From contig CAVOUE010000006.1 in the NCBI GenBank assembly GCA_963699545.1, positions 224,001 to 288,000 of the forward strand: a stretch of 64,000 bases of DNA. The letters are read 5' to 3'. Made by a program: the position numbers and the translations under genes. Position 1 is the stretch's first letter; the number at the start of each line of letters is the position of its first letter. Shown here piece by piece: positions 61,226-64,000 of the stretch. The notes beneath the pieces are model-generated. The model was not told the origin of the DNA and did no database searches. It was given only the letters and a program-made list of their open reading frames with translations. The DNA comes from Nitrospirota bacterium. GTDB lineage: Bacteria > Nitrospirota > Thermodesulfovibrionia > Thermodesulfovibrionales > UBA9159.

Positions 61226-62626
61226 ATGAAGGACGACGGCTATGAATATTCCGTTGTGAGGGGATTTGCCTTTTCAGCAGTCTTCTGGCTCATTATCGGT
61301 CTTGTGGTTGGTCTGCTCATCGCATTCCAGCTTGTGGCTCCCAAACTGAATCTTGCCCCGTGGCTGACCTATGGGAGACTCAGAGTGGTCCATACCAACG
61401 GCCTCGGTTTTGGCTTTGCTCTTGCCGGCATCTTTGCCTGCACCTATTTTATTCTTCAGAGGCTGACCCGGACGTCCATTGCCTTTCCGGGGCTGGCCAA
61501 GTTCCACCTTTATTTCTTCAATGTCACCATAGCCCTTGCGGCGTTGAGCCTATTCGCAGGGATGAATACGTCAAAAGAATACGCTGAGCTGGAGTGGCCC
61601 ATCGACATCCTCGTGGTGCTGATGTGGGTGGTCTTTGCCATCAACGTCTTTGCTACCCTCATAAAGAGAAAAGAGCAGCAGATGTATATCTCCCTCTGGT
61701 ATCTGGTCGCAATGACAGTGGCGGTGGCTGTCCTCTACATCCTCAATAACCTCGAGGTCCCGGTGAGCTGGTTCAAGTCATACTCGGTCTATGCAGGGGT
61801 CAATGACGCCAACGTGGAGTGGTGGTATGGTCATAACGTGGTCGGTTCGGTCTTCACCTTCCCCATTCTTGCCATGTTCTATTATTTCCTGCCGAAATCC
61901 ACAAATCTCCCAATCTACAGCCACCGATTATCCATCGTCGCATTCTGGTCCCTGGTGTTTGCCTACCTTTGGACGGGCGCCCACCATCTCGTCTATACAC
62001 CGGTACCGGACTGGATACAGACCACTGCCATTGCCTTCAGTATGTTCATGATCGCGCCGTCATGGGGTTCTGTCGTGAACGGGTATTACACAATGCGGGG
62101 GGACTGGGGACAGATGAGGTCCAATTATCTCGTCAAGTTCTTCATCTTCGGGATCACCTTCTACGGCCTCCAGACCATCCAGGGACCGACGCAGGCTTTG
62201 CGGTCCCTCTCTGCTGTCTTGCACTACACCGACTGGGTCCCGGGCCACGTGCACATGGGAACCATGGGCTGGGTGACCATGGTCATATCAGCGTCGTTTT
62301 ATTATATGATCCCCAAGCTCTATAACACAGAAATTTACAGCATAAAGCTCGCCAACACCCATTTCTGGCTCGTCCTCATCGGACAGTTGATCTTTTCCTT
62401 CACCATGTGGATTGCAGGAGTTCAGCAAGGCACCATGTGGAGGGCAACCAACCCTGATGGTTCACTGACCTATAGTTTCCTGGAGACTCTTGTGCCTCTC
62501 TATCCCTTCTGGGCCATGCGGGCATTGGGCGGGGTGATCTATTTCGTCGGAGTGCTGATATTCGCCTATAACCTTATCAAGACAGCCGGCAGGTCACGGG
62601 CTGCAGCCACTGCGGAAGGAGGATAA
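61226..62626 (+). CDS. ccoN: cbb3-type cytochrome c oxidase subunit I
   Basis: YGRLRVVHTN, KEYAELEWP, WWYGHN, WTGAHHL, TDWVPGHVHMG. Confidence 0.95.
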   Translation: MKDDGYEYSVVRGFAFSAVFWLIIGLVVGLLIAFQLVAPKLNLAPWLTYGRLRVVHTNGLGFGFALAGIFACTYFILQRLTRTSIAFPGLAKFHLYFFNVTIALAALSLFAGMNTSKEYAELEWPIDILVVLMWVVFAINVFATLIKRKEQQMYISLWYLVAMTVAVAVLYILNNLEVPVSWFKSYSVYAGVNDANVEWWYGHNVVGSVFTFPILAMFYYFLPKSTNLPIYSHRLSIVAFWSLVFAYLWTGAHHLVYTPVPDWIQTTAIAFSMFMIAPSWGSVVNGYYTMRGDWGQMRSNYLVKFFIFGITFYGLQTIQGPTQALRSLSAVLHYTDWVPGHVHMGTMGWVTMVISASFYYMIPKLYNTEIYSIKLANTHFWLVLIGQLIFSFTMWIAGVQQGTMWRATNPDGSLTYSFLETLVPLYPFWAMRALGGVIYFVGVLIFAYNLIKTAGRSRAAATAEGG

Positions 62627-62630
62627 TAAA

Positions 62631-63518
62631 ATGAATATCTATGGAAAACCAGTGATATTTGCGATAGCTGCCTTTGCGGTGATCGCAGTGGGCACCCTGG
62701 TTACTACGTTCATACCCCTTTTCGTACCTGCCACAGCTCCCGTGATCAAAGGCGTTAAACCGTACACCCCTGCAGAACTGGAGGGAAGGGATATTTACAT
62801 CCGGGAAGGATGCAACAACTGCCATACCCAGACCGTACGGCCTCTTCAGCCCGAAGTGGCCAGGTACGGAGATTATTCCAGGGCGGGAGAGTTCACCTAT
62901 GATAGACCCTTCCTCTGGGGTTCCAGGAGGACAGGTCCTGATCTGGCAAGGGTCGGCGGCAAATATCCCGACTCATGGCACTATCAGCACATGAAAGACC
63001 CGCAGAGCATGTTCCCGAAATCCAACATGCCTGCATATGCCTGGCTTGCTGAAAAACAACTGGATACGACGTACACCGAGCGGAAAATGAAGACCTTGGG
63101 ATTCCCGTATTTACCTGAGGAGATCCGGACCCTCCAGGGGAAAACTGAATTGGACGTTCTCGTGGCATATCTTCAGAAACTGGGCAGGGATCTGAAAGAG
63201 ATTGAAAAAGGGTCAGTGGTGAAGGTCGCCGAGGCCGCGGCGCCCGAGAAGAATCCCTTTGAACGAAAAGCCGATGCGATAAAGGAAGGGAAAGAGATCT
63301 TCGAGGCAAATTGCACGGCCTGCCACGGAAAGGATGCAAAGGGAGGCATCGGCCCCAACCTTCTGAAAAAGGATATGAAATACGGCCGGACCGACAGGGA
63401 CCTCTTTGCCTCAGTATCAAAGGGGAGGCCCGGCGGCATGCCTGACTGGGAAAAGACACTCGGCACAGAGAGGATATGGAAGGTGATCGCATATCTGCGG
63501 ACCATGGAAGAAAAGTGA
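62631..63518 (+). CDS. ccoO: cbb3 oxidase subunit II fused to an extra C-terminal cytochrome c domain
   Basis: GRDIYIREGCNNCHTQ, WGSRRTGPDLAR; second heme motif CTACH...GPNL...GMP. Confidence 0.9.
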   Translation: MNIYGKPVIFAIAAFAVIAVGTLVTTFIPLFVPATAPVIKGVKPYTPAELEGRDIYIREGCNNCHTQTVRPLQPEVARYGDYSRAGEFTYDRPFLWGSRRTGPDLARVGGKYPDSWHYQHMKDPQSMFPKSNMPAYAWLAEKQLDTTYTERKMKTLGFPYLPEEIRTLQGKTELDVLVAYLQKLGRDLKEIEKGSVVKVAEAAAPEKNPFERKADAIKEGKEIFEANCTACHGKDAKGGIGPNLLKKDMKYGRTDRDLFASVSKGRPGGMPDWEKTLGTERIWKVIAYLRTMEEK

Positions 63519-63535
63519 CAGGAAAGGAGGTATCC

Positions 63536-64000
63536 ATGCAGGAAAACTACGATGACATAAAAGAACAGCATAATAAATTACCCCTCGGCATGTTCCTTTT
63601 CTTCATCGGGATGGTGGTGTGGGGTATCTATTACATAGCGAGCTATACGCCCGACTTCAGCGGATGGTCACAGAAAAAGGTGTACGATGAGCAGACCGCA
63701 AAGGAGAAGGCAGTTGCAAAACCGGTACTAATGGAAAACCCCTATGAAACGGATCCCAAGGCGATAGCAGAAGGCAAGGGGCTCTACGCATCCAATTGCG
63801 CTGCATGCCACGGAGAGAATCTCAAGGGCGGCGTTGGCACGGACCTCACAGACCATCTCAAATACGGGGAACAGGATGACAAGAAATTCGAATCTATTGC
63901 CAAAGGAAGACCCAACGGCATGCCCGGCTTTGACCGGCAACTGGGAAGGGACAGGATATGGAAAGTCCTCGCATATATTGACTCAGTGCGTGAATACGGA
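63536..64000 (+). CDS. ccoP: cbb3 oxidase subunit III-like cytochrome c (runs off the window)
   Basis: Own translation (not in the ORF track): MQENYDDIKEQHNKLPLG..., TM helix, ENPY...NCAACHG...NGMPGF; AGGAGG RBS. Confidence 0.8.
   Translation, partial: MQENYDDIKEQHNKLPLGMFLFFIGMVVWGIYYIASYTPDFSGWSQKKVYDEQTAKEKAVAKPVLMENPYETDPKAIAEGKGLYASNCAACHGENLKGGVGTDLTDHLKYGEQDDKKFESIAKGRPNGMPGFDRQLGRDRIWKVLAYIDSVREYG

Overview
A 64-kb bacterial chromosomal segment. Gene content and the tmRNA tag ANNELALAA suggest a Nitrospirota (Thermodesulfovibrionia-like) genome, but this assignment is inference. Many conserved genes (uvrA, rtcB, both pilY1, ftsH, folP, actP, the sensor kinase) carry single-base indels, which looks like uncorrected long-read error rather than decay. 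In order, the window holds: mqnE, uvrA, an OmpA-family lipoprotein, a free-standing archaeal-type ThrRS editing domain, two peptide ABC permeases, glnE, a divergent fumarate hydratase alpha subunit and archease-rtcB; two tandem type IV minor-pilin cassettes (fimT/pilV/pilW/pilX/pilY1), each with a sigma54-type promoter; an acetate-utilisation locus (SSS-PAS histidine kinase, two NtrC-like regulators, two cNMP-CBS-DUF294 nucleotidyltransferases, a DEDDh exonuclease, DUF485, actP, acs); then carbonic anhydrase, smpB-ssrA, amidase-GerMN-murI-rph-ftsH-folP, rnr and the start of a cbb3 oxidase operon. Three highlights. (1) RtcB has an in-frame TGA exactly at the metal-binding Cys, followed by a hairpin, so it is a candidate selenocysteine RNA ligase. 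(2) A small GIY-YIG nuclease gene is bracketed by the same palindromic ends that occur as empty REP-like doublets elsewhere, one of them in frame inside pilY1. (3) A duplicated regulator/nucleotidyltransferase unit includes one sigma54 activator that has lost GAFTGA, the Walker B aspartate and the HTH.
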